NCBI RefSeq assembly: GCF_056712565.1
Contig: NZ_CM160072.1
Length of the DNA stretch: 64,000 bases
Direction: 5' to 3' (one strand)
The translations under genes were made by a program, and so were the position numbers. The notes below the pieces were generated by a model. That model did not search any database. It was not told where the DNA came from and saw only the letters and a list, made by a program, of their open reading frames with translations. Positions 1 to 8,889 of the stretch are shown here, piece by piece (position 1 is the stretch's first letter; each line of letters begins with the position of its first letter).

Positions 1-703
1 ATATTGATGACACCATCTCCCGGCATTCACGGTCATTGACCAGATCGGTGGTCGGCACTAACCAGTCGGAAACATGAAACGCGAGGATGCGTTTTCCGGC
101 ACGCAGGATCTGACTGGCGAGATCCGGGTCCCACCAGACATGGTAGACATCTACCGCCACGCCGAGGCCAAATTCGCCATCGGGATCGAGTTCATCACAC
201 CAGTCCAGCGCCTGACGTAACGTGCACAGACAAGAACGATCGGCAGCAGTCATCGGGTGCAGTGGCTCCAGTGCAATTGGCACGCCGACCTCTTTCGAAT
301 GTGGCAGCAACTGGCGAATCCCTTGTTTCACCTGTTCCCGTGCTTCGTACAGATCTTTTGTTCCCATTGGCAGACCGCCAACCACCTGCATATAACAGGC
401 GGCGTTCAGTACAGCGGCGTCGTCCAGCGCCCGGCGGTTATCGTCAATCGCCAGTTTGCGCTCCGCCAGCGTCGGTGCGGTGTAGTAGGTGCTACGGCAC
501 AAACCGGAAACGTTCATGTTACTGGCAGCAAGCTGGCGGGCGATTTGCTGGAGATCTTCACTCTGCAACTCCCTGCGCCAGGGGGCAATCGCGCCAATAC
601 CGCGTGCGGCGCAGGCATCAATAATGGCGGGTAGCGGCGTTTTATAGCCCAGTGTCGCGGTATTGATACTGAATAAATCCGGGCGTTGTAACAGATCTCT
701 CAT
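1..703 (-). CDS. sugar phosphate isomerase/epimerase (xylose-isomerase-like TIM barrel), 3' end outside window
   Basis: Minus-strand ATG at 703, hand translation MRDLLQRPDLFSINTATLGYKTPLPAIIDACAARGIGAIAPW... runs without stop to window start; not in ORF track because truncated. Confidence 0.6.
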   Translation of the reverse strand, partial: MRDLLQRPDLFSINTATLGYKTPLPAIIDACAARGIGAIAPWRRELQSEDLQQIARQLAASNMNVSGLCRSTYYTAPTLAERKLAIDDNRRALDDAAVLNAACYMQVVGGLPMGTKDLYEAREQVKQGIRQLLPHSKEVGVPIALEPLHPMTAADRSCLCTLRQALDWCDELDPDGEFGLGVAVDVYHVWWDPDLASQILRAGKRILAFHVSDWLVPTTDLVNDRECREMVSSI

Positions 704-712
704 GATTCAGCC

Positions 713-1504
713 TCAGAAGCGCGGCATACTTAAGCCACCGTCAATGGCGACCGCCTGACCACAGGTGTAAATAAGTTTACCTTCCGCCATCGCGCGGACA
801 GTGGAAGCAATATCCGCCGGATAACCCCAACGTCCCCACGGCACCAGACCTTTGGCAATCAGTTCGTCGTAATAGGCCGTTGCCGGAATAGTCATATCGG
901 TTTTGATGAGACCAGGACGCACTTCATATACGCCAATTTGTTCATTACAAAGGCGAGCAGCAAACAGACGAGCAGCGGCAGAGACGGCAGTTTTGGCAAT
1001 GGTATATTCGCCGCGATTCATCGCCAGCATGATGGCGTTGATGGAACTGACGAAAATAATCGAGCGGTGCGGCAGTTCTGCTTCCGGTTTCGGCTGTGCC
1101 AGTAAGCGCTTACTGAATGCCTGAGCAAGGAAGAACGGTGCGCGGGTGTTAATGGCAATATTTTGGTCGAAGCTGTCTGGTTCGAGGTCGAGAAGGTCAC
1201 CGCGTTTTTTCACTGAAATGCCTGCGTTGTTGAGCAGGCAGTCCAGACGTCCCCACTGGTTTTGCGCTGCGTCGAGCATCTCTTCATGCAGGGAGAGATC
1301 GCCCACATCAGCAGGGAAGCAAATCACTTCCACGCCTTCCGCCAGACATTCTTGTTGTGTGGCATGTAATTTTTCTACGCTATCGGCATCCGGACGATCA
1401 TTAATCAGCAGATTAAATCCGCCACGCGCAAGCTCCAGCGCACAGCCCTTTCCAATACCACGAGCGGCTCCGGTAATCACGGCAACAGGACGAGTGGATT
1501 TCAT
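713..1504 (-). CDS. short-chain dehydrogenase/reductase (SDR) family oxidoreductase
   Basis: ORF 713-1639 trimmed to Met at 1504 (MKSTRPVAVITGAARGIGKG); TGxxxGIG Rossmann motif and YxxxK catalytic motif (YTIAK). Confidence 0.75.
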   Translation of the reverse strand: MKSTRPVAVITGAARGIGKGCALELARGGFNLLINDRPDADSVEKLHATQQECLAEGVEVICFPADVGDLSLHEEMLDAAQNQWGRLDCLLNNAGISVKKRGDLLDLEPDSFDQNIAINTRAPFFLAQAFSKRLLAQPKPEAELPHRSIIFVSSINAIMLAMNRGEYTIAKTAVSAAARLFAARLCNEQIGVYEVRPGLIKTDMTIPATAYYDELIAKGLVPWGRWGYPADIASTVRAMAEGKLIYTCGQAVAIDGGLSMPRF

Positions 1505-1571
1505 ACAATAGCTCTCTTTTTTGAATTTTGTTTCCTTAGTGATGATTAGCTTGCGACTGGAGGATAAAAAG

Positions 1572-1593
1572 ATCAACCATCTAGTTGGTTGAT
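1572..1593. promoter_or_regulatory. 8-bp inverted repeat ATCAACCA-N6-TGGTTGAT in divergent SDR/TetR intergenic region; candidate TetR operator
   Basis: Perfect inverted repeat read directly in the 211-bp divergent promoter region. Confidence 0.4.
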
Positions 1594-1715
1594 ATGCGAT
1601 GGCGATCACAGGACATTTGATAACCTGATGAAAGTACAAGTTTTTGCCCTTTTTTCTGAAGCTGAAATCAAATCAGGTTATGATAGTCACCACGAAGAGG
1701 TCGTGGGGAAGCGTT

Positions 1716-2363
1716 ATGTATCTTGATACCAGCAACGTACAGAGCCTGAAAGAAAAGCTGCTGTTATGCGCGGTTAATGAATTTGCCGAATATGGTTACG
1801 AAGGGGCCAGAGTCGATAATATCGTCAAGGCCGCGGGGTGCAGTAAACAGACGGTTTATCACCACTTTGGTAATAAAGAAAATTTATTTATCGAAGTACT
1901 GGAATATACCTGGAACGATATTCGACAAAAAGAAAAGGCCCTTGATTTCTCAGATCTTCCGCCACAGAAAGCCATTGAGAAAATAATCGATTTTACATGG
2001 GATTATTATATTTCTAATCCCTGGTTTTTAAAAATTGTGCATAGTGAAAATCAAAGTAAGGGTGTGCATTATGCAAAATCACAGCGTCTTTTAGAAATTA
2101 ACCATGCGCACTTGCAGTTAATGGAATCCTTATTGGATGAAGGGAAGAAACAAAATATTTTTAAGCCAGATATCGACCCATTGCAGGTGAATATTAATAT
2201 TGCTGCGCTTGGGGGATATTATTTGATCAACCAGCATACGCTTGGCCTGGTTTATCACATCAGTATGGTTTCACCGCAGGCACTGGAAGCCAGACGTAAG
2301 GTCATCAAAGAGACGATCCTTAGCTGGCTTTTGGTTGACCCTTCATCTACCGCGCGCGAATAA
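1716..2363 (+). CDS. TetR/AcrR family transcriptional regulator
   Basis: ORF 1644-2363 trimmed to Met at 1716 preceded by GGGGAA; N-terminal HTH region ([32 protein letters not shown]) typical of TetR. Confidence 0.75.
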   Translation: MYLDTSNVQSLKEKLLLCAVNEFAEYGYEGARVDNIVKAAGCSKQTVYHHFGNKENLFIEVLEYTWNDIRQKEKALDFSDLPPQKAIEKIIDFTWDYYISNPWFLKIVHSENQSKGVHYAKSQRLLEINHAHLQLMESLLDEGKKQNIFKPDIDPLQVNINIAALGGYYLINQHTLGLVYHISMVSPQALEARRKVIKETILSWLLVDPSSTARE

Positions 2364-2985
2364 AACTGCCATCCGGCTGGCGGGTAAACAGGACCTGTTG
2401 ATTATTCCCCGTATCAATGGTTAAGCCCGTCACCACGCCGCTGGCGTTCTGGCGGATTTTCACCATCTGCCCGTTTTGCAAATTACTCAGTGGCTTATCC
2501 GCGCCTTCTACCTGCGCCATGGCATAGACATCGGTAGCGGGCAGTCCGTGGTCGCGGAACAGCTGCGCCATCGTTTTACCGGGTTCGACACGATAGGAGC
2601 GCCATTGATTATCAATTCCGCTATCTGGCTGGAATGGTTGCGTATGGGTGGTTTGCGGCTGCTCTTCTGGTTGGCCTTCCTGTATTGGTTCTGGAGCGAC
2701 CGGAGCCACCTGATCAGGATCATTTTGTGGCGTGACTAATTGCGCCCGCAGCTGTTCTTCTGTCGGTGGTTGTGATTGCGACTGAATATCTAACTGTGCT
2801 TCACGCGTCACCACCGGCGCGTTGGGCGTATCATCAGATGGAAGCAGAAATCCGACCACCAATACAATGGCGGCAATAATGATCCCCCGACGATGCATCG
2901 GCGGCAGCGGGTCCATGAAGCGAAAATTGTCCGGCGCGTGCCAGACTTTCTCCAGGGTTGGTTTTAGTTCAAAGCGCCCGGGCAT
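2347..2985 (-). CDS. ytfB: OapA/YtfB cell-division protein (LysM/OapA domain)
   Basis: ORF 2347-3021 trimmed to Met at 2985 ([13 protein letters not shown]...) preceded by AGGAGG; Pro/Gln-rich linker and C-terminal OapA-like region. Confidence 0.85.
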   Translation of the reverse strand: MPGRFELKPTLEKVWHAPDNFRFMDPLPPMHRRGIIIAAIVLVVGFLLPSDDTPNAPVVTREAQLDIQSQSQPPTEEQLRAQLVTPQNDPDQVAPVAPEPIQEGQPEEQPQTTHTQPFQPDSGIDNQWRSYRVEPGKTMAQLFRDHGLPATDVYAMAQVEGADKPLSNLQNGQMVKIRQNASGVVTGLTIDTGNNQQVLFTRQPDGSFIRAR

Positions 2986-3202
2986 GGTTTCCTCCTGCTC
3001 CGCGTCTTGTTCCTCAATCATAGCCTATGAATAAGCTAACGCTATGATGTCCGTGGTAAACCCGCCTTTATTATATTCATACGGGATATTGCTATTGTTT
3101 CTTTTTCCCCGGGATTTGTCATCATTCCCGCGACAAAGTTTTACCCAAAGAAGTGTGGCTGATATGCTGCCCGCTACTTTATACCCTAAGAAAGGAAATA
3201 CG

Positions 3203-3823
3203 ATGACCACCCCAACTTTTGACACCATCGAAGCGCAAGCAAGCTACGGCATTGGTTTGCAGGTAGGGCAACAACTGAGTGAATCTGGCCTGGAAGGGCT
3301 GCTGCCAGAAGCACTGGTTGCAGGCATTGCCGATGCGCTGGAAGGCAAACATCCGGCTGTTCCGGTTGATGTGGTGCACCGCGCGCTGCGTGAAATCCAC
3401 GAACGCGCCGATGCCGTTCGTCGTCAGCGTTTCCAGGCGATGGCTGCTGAAGGTGTGAAATACCTGGAAGAAAACGCCAAAAAAGAAGGTGTAAATAGCA
3501 CCGAATCTGGCCTGCAATTCCGCGTGATCAACCAGGGTGAAGGCGCAATTCCGGCACGTACCGACCGCGTTCGTGTTCATTACACCGGAAAACTGATCGA
3601 CGGCACCGTGTTTGACAGCTCCGTTGCTCGCGGCGAGCCAGCTGAATTCCCGGTTAATGGTGTGATCCCTGGCTGGATTGAAGCACTGACTCTGATGCCG
3701 GTAGGTTCTAAATGGGAACTGACTATCCCGCAGGAACTGGCATATGGCGAGCGTGGCGCAGGCGCGTCCATCCCTCCGTTCAGCACCCTGGTGTTTGAAG
3801 TCGAACTGCTGGAAATCCTCTAA
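3203..3823 (+). CDS. fklB: FKBP-type peptidyl-prolyl cis-trans isomerase
   Basis: ORF 3044-3823 trimmed to Met at 3203 preceded by AAGGAAA; FKBP domain sequence. Confidence 0.9.
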
Positions 3824-4099
3824 GCAGCGCATTCTGTTCCCCTCGAACCAGAGGGGAGCAGGCATTCAGCAATAAACCCTTCAGTTTGCCAAACGGCGCT
3901 ATTTTATGTTGTAAAGTCCCTGTAAGCGTGTATTTTTGTGAGCTGTTTCGCGTTATCACCGTGATATGACACTCACTTTAAACATAAAATTAACATTAGA
4001 TCTAAATCTTAGTATTCATCCCGCGTATTGTTACCTAATATCGATGAGTCCCGATACAGATTCGTCGTATCATAGACTGACTAAAGGCCGTAGAGCCTG

Positions 4100-4112
4100 A
4101 ACAACACAGACA
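4100..4112 (+). promoter_or_regulatory. CA-rich tract in cycA 5' leader, consistent with GcvB sRNA target site
   Basis: AACAACACAGACA about 20-30 nt upstream of cycA ATG; GcvB targeting of cycA is established knowledge, exact site not verified. Confidence 0.4.
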
Positions 4113-4131
4113 GGTACAGGAAGAAAAAAAC

Positions 4132-5544
4132 ATGGTAGATCAGGTAAAAGTCGTTGCCGATGATCAGGCTCCGGCTGAACAGTCGCTACGGCGCAATCTC
4201 ACAAACCGACATATTCAGCTTATTGCCATTGGCGGTGCCATTGGTACAGGGCTGTTTATGGGGTCCGGCAAAACGATTAGCCTTGCCGGGCCGTCGATCA
4301 TTTTCGTTTATATGATCATCGGTTTTATGCTCTTTTTCGTGATGCGGGCAATGGGGGAATTGCTGCTTTCGAATCTGGAATACAAATCTTTTAGTGACTT
4401 CGCTTCCGATTTACTCGGGCCGTGGGCAGGATATTTCACCGGCTGGACTTACTGGTTCTGCTGGGTTGTAACCGGTATGGCAGACGTGGTTGCCATTACC
4501 GCCTATGCGCAATTCTGGTTCCCTGGGCTTTCTGACTGGGTTGCTTCGTTATCCGTGATCATTCTGTTACTGGTTCTAAACCTCGCCACGGTAAAAATGT
4601 TCGGTGAGATGGAGTTCTGGTTTGCGATGATCAAAATCGTCGCCATCGTGTCGCTGATTGTTGTCGGCCTGGTCATGGTGGCGATGCACTTTCAGTCACC
4701 GACCGGTGTGGAAGCATCATTTGCACATTTGTGGAATGACGGCGGCTGGTTCCCGAAAGGCTTAAGCGGCTTCTTTGCCGGATTCCAGATAGCGGTTTTT
4801 GCTTTCGTGGGGATTGAGCTGGTAGGTACAACAGCTGCGGAAACCAAAGATCCGGAGAAATCACTGCCACGCGCGATTAACTCCATTCCGATCCGTATCA
4901 TTATGTTCTACGTCTTCTCGCTGATTGTGATTATGTCCGTGACGCCGTGGAGTTCGGTAGTCCCGGAGAAAAGCCCGTTCGTTGAACTGTTTGTGTTGGT
5001 AGGTTTGCCTGCGGCTGCCAGCGTGATCAACTTTGTGGTGCTGACCTCTGCGGCGTCTTCCGCTAACAGCGGTGTCTTCTCTACCAGCCGTATGCTGTTT
5101 GGCCTGGCCCAGGAAGGTGTGGCACCGAAAGCGTTCGCTAAACTCTCTAAGCGCGCAGTACCCGCGAAAGGGCTGACCTTCTCTTGTATCTGTCTGCTCG
5201 GCGGCGTGGTGATGTTGTATGTGAATCCCAGCGTGATTGGCGCGTTCACGATGATTACAACCGTTTCCGCGATTCTGTTTATGTTTGTCTGGACGATTAT
5301 CCTTTGCTCGTACCTGGTGTATCGCAAACAGCGTCCTCATCTGCATGAGAAGTCGATCTACAAGATGCCACTCGGCAAGCTGATGTGCTGGGTATGTATG
5401 GCGTTCTTTGTGTTTGTTCTGGTGTTGTTGACACTGGAAGATGACACCCGCCAGGCGCTGCTGGTTACCCCGCTGTGGTTTATCGCGCTGGGGCTGGGCT
5501 GGCTGTTTATTGGTAAGAAGCGGGCTGCTGAACTGCGGAAATAA
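4132..5544 (+). CDS. cycA: D-serine/D-alanine/glycine:H+ symporter (APC family)
   Basis: 470-aa ORF, 12-TM amino acid permease sequence. Confidence 0.95.
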   Translation: MVDQVKVVADDQAPAEQSLRRNLTNRHIQLIAIGGAIGTGLFMGSGKTISLAGPSIIFVYMIIGFMLFFVMRAMGELLLSNLEYKSFSDFASDLLGPWAGYFTGWTYWFCWVVTGMADVVAITAYAQFWFPGLSDWVASLSVIILLLVLNLATVKMFGEMEFWFAMIKIVAIVSLIVVGLVMVAMHFQSPTGVEASFAHLWNDGGWFPKGLSGFFAGFQIAVFAFVGIELVGTTAAETKDPEKSLPRAINSIPIRIIMFYVFSLIVIMSVTPWSSVVPEKSPFVELFVLVGLPAAASVINFVVLTSAASSANSGVFSTSRMLFGLAQEGVAPKAFAKLSKRAVPAKGLTFSCICLLGGVVMLYVNPSVIGAFTMITTVSAILFMFVWTIILCSYLVYRKQRPHLHEKSIYKMPLGKLMCWVCMAFFVFVLVLLTLEDDTRQALLVTPLWFIALGLGWLFIGKKRAAELRK

Positions 5545-5556
5545 CCGCATTATCAT

Positions 5557-5585
5557 GCTGGATGGCGCAATGCCATCCAGCTTTT
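5557..5585. terminator. bidirectional intrinsic terminator between cycA and ytfE
   Basis: GCTGGATGGC-gcaa-TGCCATCCAGC hairpin followed by TTTT. Confidence 0.6.
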
Positions 5586-5588
5586 AGA

Positions 5589-6251
5589 TCACTCACCCGC
5601 CAGCGCGCGCGGGAATAGTACATTGTTTTCCAGACTGATGTGCTCCATCAGGTCATCAATCAGTTCATTAATGCCGTTATACATCGCTTTCCAGGTGGTG
5701 CAGGCTTCCGGCGGCGGTGTGACGTTATTGGTGGTGTGTTTGATCACTTCCAGCAGTTCGCCCGCTTCATCGTGCTCGCTTTCCATTACGCTGATTGGCC
5801 CCATTGCCTGGCTGCCCATGCCTTGTTTAATCATCGGGAAGAGAATTTGCTCTTCTTTCATCATGTGGCTGGAAAGCTCTTCATGCAGCATAGTCAGGTA
5901 TTTTGTCAGCCCTTTTGGCACGCTCGGTTTGTCGGCGTGAACGCGCTCGACTTTAGTCGCTTGCAGGATCAGCTCCGGCAGCTGCTCGCGATGGCGATCG
6001 TGATAGCGCACAATAATGTGGTCGATGATTTCCGCCAGCGGCGCGCTACGCCAGTCTTTTTCAATCGGTTGTTCAGCAAGCTTTGCCAGTTCGGCTTCAA
6101 TGACGTCAACATCCAGTTCTTTACGTGCCGCCGCGCGCGCCAGCGTCTGCTTACCGCCACAGCAGTAATCCATATCATATTTACGAAACAGAGCCGAAGC
6201 GCGAGGAATAGAGAGCGCCAGTTCACCTAAAGGTTGGTCGCGATAAGCCAT
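5589..6251 (-). CDS. ytfE: iron-sulfur cluster repair di-iron protein (RIC)
   Basis: 220-aa ORF; hemerythrin-like His/Glu motifs; NsrR box upstream. Confidence 0.9.
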   Translation of the reverse strand: MAYRDQPLGELALSIPRASALFRKYDMDYCCGGKQTLARAAARKELDVDVIEAELAKLAEQPIEKDWRSAPLAEIIDHIIVRYHDRHREQLPELILQATKVERVHADKPSVPKGLTKYLTMLHEELSSHMMKEEQILFPMIKQGMGSQAMGPISVMESEHDEAGELLEVIKHTTNNVTPPPEACTTWKAMYNGINELIDDLMEHISLENNVLFPRALAGE

Positions 6252-6277
6252 AGCTGATACCTCATTCTTAATAAGAT

Positions 6278-6300
6278 AAGATGTATTTTAAATGCATCTT
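6278..6300. promoter_or_regulatory. NsrR operator in ytfE promoter
   Basis: AAGATGTATTTTAAATGCATCTT, 11-bp inverted repeat with one mismatch, matching the known NsrR box form. Confidence 0.6.
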
Positions 6301-6358
6301 TAAAACAAAAGCTATAACCCTTACGTAGCAGAGGCTTATTTAACTCACTGCCAGCGTG

Positions 6359-7333
6359 TCAACTTTCTGAGACAGATTCAGTTAAAGGTTTTTCTGGTTT
6401 TGCTCTGACCGCAATGACCACGCCAATCACTAACAGCGCGATACCGCTCAGCGTCATTAGCGGCGGCATTTGCTGGCGGAGTAAAAAGGTGTACAGCAAA
6501 CCTGCCAGCGTTTCGAAAACAATCAGCGGCCCGAGAATCACTGTCGGTAATCGCTGGCTGGCGACGTTCCAGCAGAGTGCGCCAATCCATGAGCAAAGCA
6601 CGGCTATCGCAACCATCAGACTAATAAACACCAGCGGACGGGGGCCAAAGGGTAAGGAGAAGTCCGGCGTTTGCATATTCAGCCAGTAACAGGCGACGAG
6701 ATAGCCGATGAGAGAAACCGGCAGCGTGACCAGCGCCTGCGCCGTCGCCCACATCATCGGATGTTTGTCGGGATTTTCCCGCAGCCAGCGGGCGTTGCGC
6801 AGGGCATACCATGCCCAGCAGACCACGGAAACTAACGCCAGCACGATGCCTGAGGTATAACGTGCCCAGTCAAAATCGGGGAGTCCGTGGTTTAACTCAG
6901 CAATATTCACACACGCCAGGCCGATGCCAATACAAACCAGTGCCGGGGCGAGTTTTCCCCACGCGAGTTTGCCGTCGCGCTGGCTATAAAGCAGATTGGC
7001 AAAAACGGGAATCACCACCGGCAGGGTGCCGATAATCATCGTGGAAACAGGCGCGCCAGTACGTTGAATGGCACTGGCAAGGCAGAAGTAATAGATAAGG
7101 TTGCCCATCATGGTGAGCATCAAGGCGGTAAGCCAGTCGCGACGTGCCAACTGACGCAGACGCACGCGTCCCAGCCAGGCAATGGGCAGCGCAATTAACC
7201 CTAGCGCCAGGTAACGCCCCATCGACTGCAACATCGCCGGGTATTCCGGTACGATCAACGGCCCGACAAAAATAAGCCCCCACATCAACCCTGCTAACAG
7301 GGCGTACAGCACGCCGCTAATCATTACTGGCAT
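6359..7333 (-). CDS. ytfF: EamA/DMT-family inner membrane transporter
   Basis: 324-aa ORF (true start may be Met at 7324); multi-TM hydrophobic sequence. Confidence 0.85.
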   Translation of the reverse strand: MPVMISGVLYALLAGLMWGLIFVGPLIVPEYPAMLQSMGRYLALGLIALPIAWLGRVRLRQLARRDWLTALMLTMMGNLIYYFCLASAIQRTGAPVSTMIIGTLPVVIPVFANLLYSQRDGKLAWGKLAPALVCIGIGLACVNIAELNHGLPDFDWARYTSGIVLALVSVVCWAWYALRNARWLRENPDKHPMMWATAQALVTLPVSLIGYLVACYWLNMQTPDFSLPFGPRPLVFISLMVAIAVLCSWIGALCWNVASQRLPTVILGPLIVFETLAGLLYTFLLRQQMPPLMTLSGIALLVIGVVIAVRAKPEKPLTESVSES

Positions 7334-7431
7334 CCATTGGTCTGTCAGAAGAAAGTTCAGGAAGCAGACATGATTGCTCCCGGCATCCCGTCATTATCAG
7401 AGAGGATGCGGGAGGATGCCACTTTAATTAA

Positions 7432-8292
7432 CTAGTTATTAACATTAAAAAGATGGCTTACGCTTTCGGCTAACGTTGTCGTTGGGCGGCCAATCAATTT
7501 GCTAAGCGTTTTGCTGTCATCAAACAGACCGCCTTTCGATGCGCCAACGTCAGAATCCGCCAGCATATCCGCCAGTCCATCAGGCAGTCCGACGCTTTTC
7601 AGTGCCGCAGCGAAATCGGCTTCGCTCAGGTTTTGATAGGTAATCGGTTTGCCGCTCTGTTTGGTGAGTTCTGCCGCTAACTGTGTCAGTGTCCAGGCAC
7701 TATCGCCCGCCAGTTCGTAAACCTTGCCTTCATGACCGGCTTCGCTAATTACGCGCGCCGCAGCTACCGCATAATCAGCCCGCGTTGCTGAGGCAATCTT
7801 GCCATCGCCCGCGGCACCGATAAATACGCCGTGTTCCAGTGCTGCCGGGGCGCTGGCGAGGTAGTTTTCGGTGTACCAGCCGTTGCGCAGCAGAGTGTAA
7901 ACGATGCCAGAATCAGCCAGCATTTTCTCCGTCTCGATGTGCTCATCGGCGAGGCCGAGCGGGGAGGAATCGGCATGTAGCAGGCTGGTATAAGCGATAA
8001 ATTTCACGTCGGCCGCCTTTGCGGCATTAATAACATTACGATGCTGCGGGGCACGTTGACCCACTTCGCTGGAAGAGATCAGCAGTAGTTTTTCCACTCC
8101 CTGAAGCGCAGATGTCAGTGCGGCTTCATCGCCGTAATCAGCCTGACGCACGGTAATGCCTTGTGCTGTCAGTACCTGTGCTTTTGCCGGATTACGAACG
8201 ATAGCCACTATTTGGCTGGCAGGAACCGTTTTCATCAAGGATTCAATAACATAGTGACCAAGTTGGCCAGTGGCACCAGTAATAGCGATCAT
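7432..8292 (-). CDS. qorB: NAD(P)H:quinone oxidoreductase (NmrA-like)
   Basis: 286-aa ORF; N-terminal GATGQLG Rossmann motif. Confidence 0.9.
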   Translation of the reverse strand: MIAITGATGQLGHYVIESLMKTVPASQIVAIVRNPAKAQVLTAQGITVRQADYGDEAALTSALQGVEKLLLISSSEVGQRAPQHRNVINAAKAADVKFIAYTSLLHADSSPLGLADEHIETEKMLADSGIVYTLLRNGWYTENYLASAPAALEHGVFIGAAGDGKIASATRADYAVAAARVISEAGHEGKVYELAGDSAWTLTQLAAELTKQSGKPITYQNLSEADFAAALKSVGLPDGLADMLADSDVGASKGGLFDDSKTLSKLIGRPTTTLAESVSHLFNVNN

Positions 8293-8340
8293 GGGAAGTC
8301 TCCATCGTTTTGTCTTGTGTTTAAATACGCTAACACTTAA

Positions 8341-8357
8341 ACTTACTTTTAGTAAGT
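8341..8357. promoter_or_regulatory. 7-bp inverted repeat ACTTACT-N3-AGTAAGT in qorB/ytfH divergent region; candidate YtfH operator
   Basis: Perfect palindrome read directly; lies between divergent starts of qorB (8292) and ytfH (8381). Confidence 0.4.
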
Positions 8358-8380
8358 ACGTACAAAAAGGTAAGTATGAA

Positions 8381-8761
8381 ATGAGTCAGGTTAGCCTGTC
8401 GCAACAACTCAAAGAGGGAAATCTCTTCGCTGAACAGTGTCCGTCGCGCGAGGTTTTGAAACACGTCACCAGCCGTTGGGGGGGGTTGATTCTGGTGGCG
8501 CTACGCGAAGGTACTCATCGCTTTAGCGACCTGCGGCGCAAAATCGGCGGGGTGAGTGAAAAGATGCTTGCGCAGTCGTTACAGGCGCTAGAGCAGGATG
8601 GTTTTCTTAACCGTATCGCGTATCCGGTGGTGCCGCCGCATGTGGAATATAGCCTCACGCCGCTGGGCGAGCAGGTGAGCGAAAAGGTTGCTGCACTGGC
8701 GGACTGGATTGAGTTGAATTTGCCCGAGGTGTTAGCGGTGCGGGATGAACGTGCGGCATAA
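8381..8761 (+). CDS. ytfH: HxlR-family transcriptional regulator
   Basis: ORF 8270-8761 trimmed to Met at 8381 preceded by AAGGTAAG; winged-helix HxlR-like sequence. Confidence 0.85.
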   Translation: MSQVSLSQQLKEGNLFAEQCPSREVLKHVTSRWGGLILVALREGTHRFSDLRRKIGGVSEKMLAQSLQALEQDGFLNRIAYPVVPPHVEYSLTPLGEQVSEKVAALADWIELNLPEVLAVRDERAA

Positions 8762-8889
8762 CTGCCGGATGCGCTGCGCTTATCCGGACTACGGTTCATG
8801 GCTTGTAGGGCGGATAAGATGCGTCAGCATCGCATCCGCCAATAAATGCCGGATGCGGTTGATGATTTGTAGGCCGAAAAAGAAGTGTT
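8762..8889. repeat. REP (repetitive extragenic palindromic) elements
   Basis: GCCGGATGCG...CTTATCCGGNCTAC-type palindromic units between convergent ytfH and cpdB. Confidence 0.7.
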
